DNA of 64,000 nt from Octopus sinensis (Eukaryota): positions 3,906,001-3,970,000 of the forward strand of contig NC_042998.1 of assembly GCF_006345805.1 (NCBI RefSeq), in the 5' to 3' direction. This document shows positions 62,681 through 64,000 of the stretch, in pieces. The translations under genes were made by a program, and so were the position numbers. Numbering within the stretch: the stretch's first letter is position 1; each line of letters opens with the position of its first letter. The notes beneath the pieces were generated by a model that was not told the origin of the DNA, searched no databases, and was given only the letters and a program-made list of their open reading frames with translations.

Positions 62681-64000
62681 AACCATGAATTAGCGCAAAT
62701 TATAAATATGGATTTTCTCATTTATATGTTACTAAATGCTATGAAATAACTGAATTAAAAATGTAAATGAAGCAACAACTTGAATAGAAATTCCGATAAT
62801 ATACCCATAGGTGACAGTATTGCTATCGTAATATATATCATTCATTTTGTTGTTGAGTAATCAATATAACTCGCAATTATACGAGCCAGTATATGATTAG
62901 CAGTACTAATGTGATGAGATGGTAATACTGTCTTAATAGATTTGGGTGGGTAAAACGAGCTATATAGAAATCCAAATTACAATTACAGAAGACAGAAACA
63001 AAAATTAACACGTAAATGCAAATCTGTATCTTATTTAAGTACATTATTAGATGCAGAGGTCAATGGAAGACAAGCCAGCAACACTGTCTTGATCCGAGTT
63101 TATAACCTGATGTCGACTATCAAATTAAAACCAAATAAACTGTCCTTCCGCATAAAAAAGAAAAGAAAATGCGAGTTTTAAGATTTGAGAACGAGATTAC
63201 TTTTGAAACACCTTTGCTCTCATCAATGATTTTATTCTACAATTATAACATGGTCTACCAAACCGCACACGAAAGTTAACTTAGCTGCTGGTAATAACTT
63301 TCTCTCCCCCTGTTAACGATGAGTGGTGTAAGAGACAAAGATTTGTTGCGACATTAGACTTGATTCAGACGCCATGGATAATGGAACTGATCGCATGGCT
63401 TACAACATTGGCAATGTTGCAGAGGCGATCTATTTTATCTTGAAGCAAACACACTGTAAGCAAAGTTGTTAAAATGACTGCCTCTGTTCGATTCAATGAT
63501 AATTCGCAGAAATTTAAATATTTTATGAGATACAGCCATTTTCCTTTATTTTCCTACCGACCAAATGGTATTGGAAAATAGCCATTAATTTCGTTTGTAA
63601 TCGATTGAAAGATGAGATCTATATCTATGAATCTCACTGTTCAATAAACCGGCTCTGTTGTATCTTCTAAGTAAATTCATATGTATACGAATGCTGTAAT
63701 TGTATGCAGAGACATGGACATTTATACGTTTTTTTTTCTAATAAAGCTACGTGAATAAGAATTTCTTTATTTCAGTTTGGAATCAAATCAAATCAAATCA
63801 ATATGGTTTTATAAATGGTAAGATAGAGGAAACTAATGCTGCTCTACGTTGAGCAATTAGTAAGCATAAGAAGTGCAAAGCGGAATAAATTAGTTGAACA
63901 TGAGAAAGAACGAGTCTTACCTTTCGGGGGAAGTAATTTCGTGTGGGAGAAAGAAACAGTTCTCTACAACGATATAAAGTAATAAAATATATACTTAGGT

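Noticed and set aside
63300-63960. Candidate small exons and a minus-strand donor AAG/GTAAGA at about 63920
   Set aside because: Only splice-like motifs and short ORFs, with no homology; expected by chance.

Overview
This window is AT-rich, repeat-dense metazoan DNA. The SINE families, the long (TA)n/(CA)n tracts and the RTE tails look like a coleoid cephalopod, probably Octopus; that assignment is inferred from repeat recognition, not from a database search. No intact protein-coding gene can be supported, so the window reads as intergenic or deep-intronic. It contains an intronless, stop-interrupted retrocopy of the eIF4G C-terminus (W2 domain) and many tRNA-derived SINEs of about four families, several mobilised as dimers with long target-site duplications (TSDs). 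Other elements are RTE, CR1/L2 and L1/Tx1 LINE fragments, four short Helitrons (one carrying a Pif1 helicase fragment), mariner/Tc1 relics, a hAT MITE, a palindromic minisatellite and a 2.1-kb CA/TA compound microsatellite. The most interesting signal is a set of (TA)n-anchored, fold-back, Penelope-like elements carrying minimal type-I hammerhead ribozyme motifs. Two motifs have complete catalytic cores and 10-nt palindromic stem III (12510-12575, 45981-46031). At the first, the inverted cDNA-like arm ends within 1 nt of the predicted self-cleavage site. Almost all long ORFs in the supplied track are microsatellite or minisatellite artefacts.
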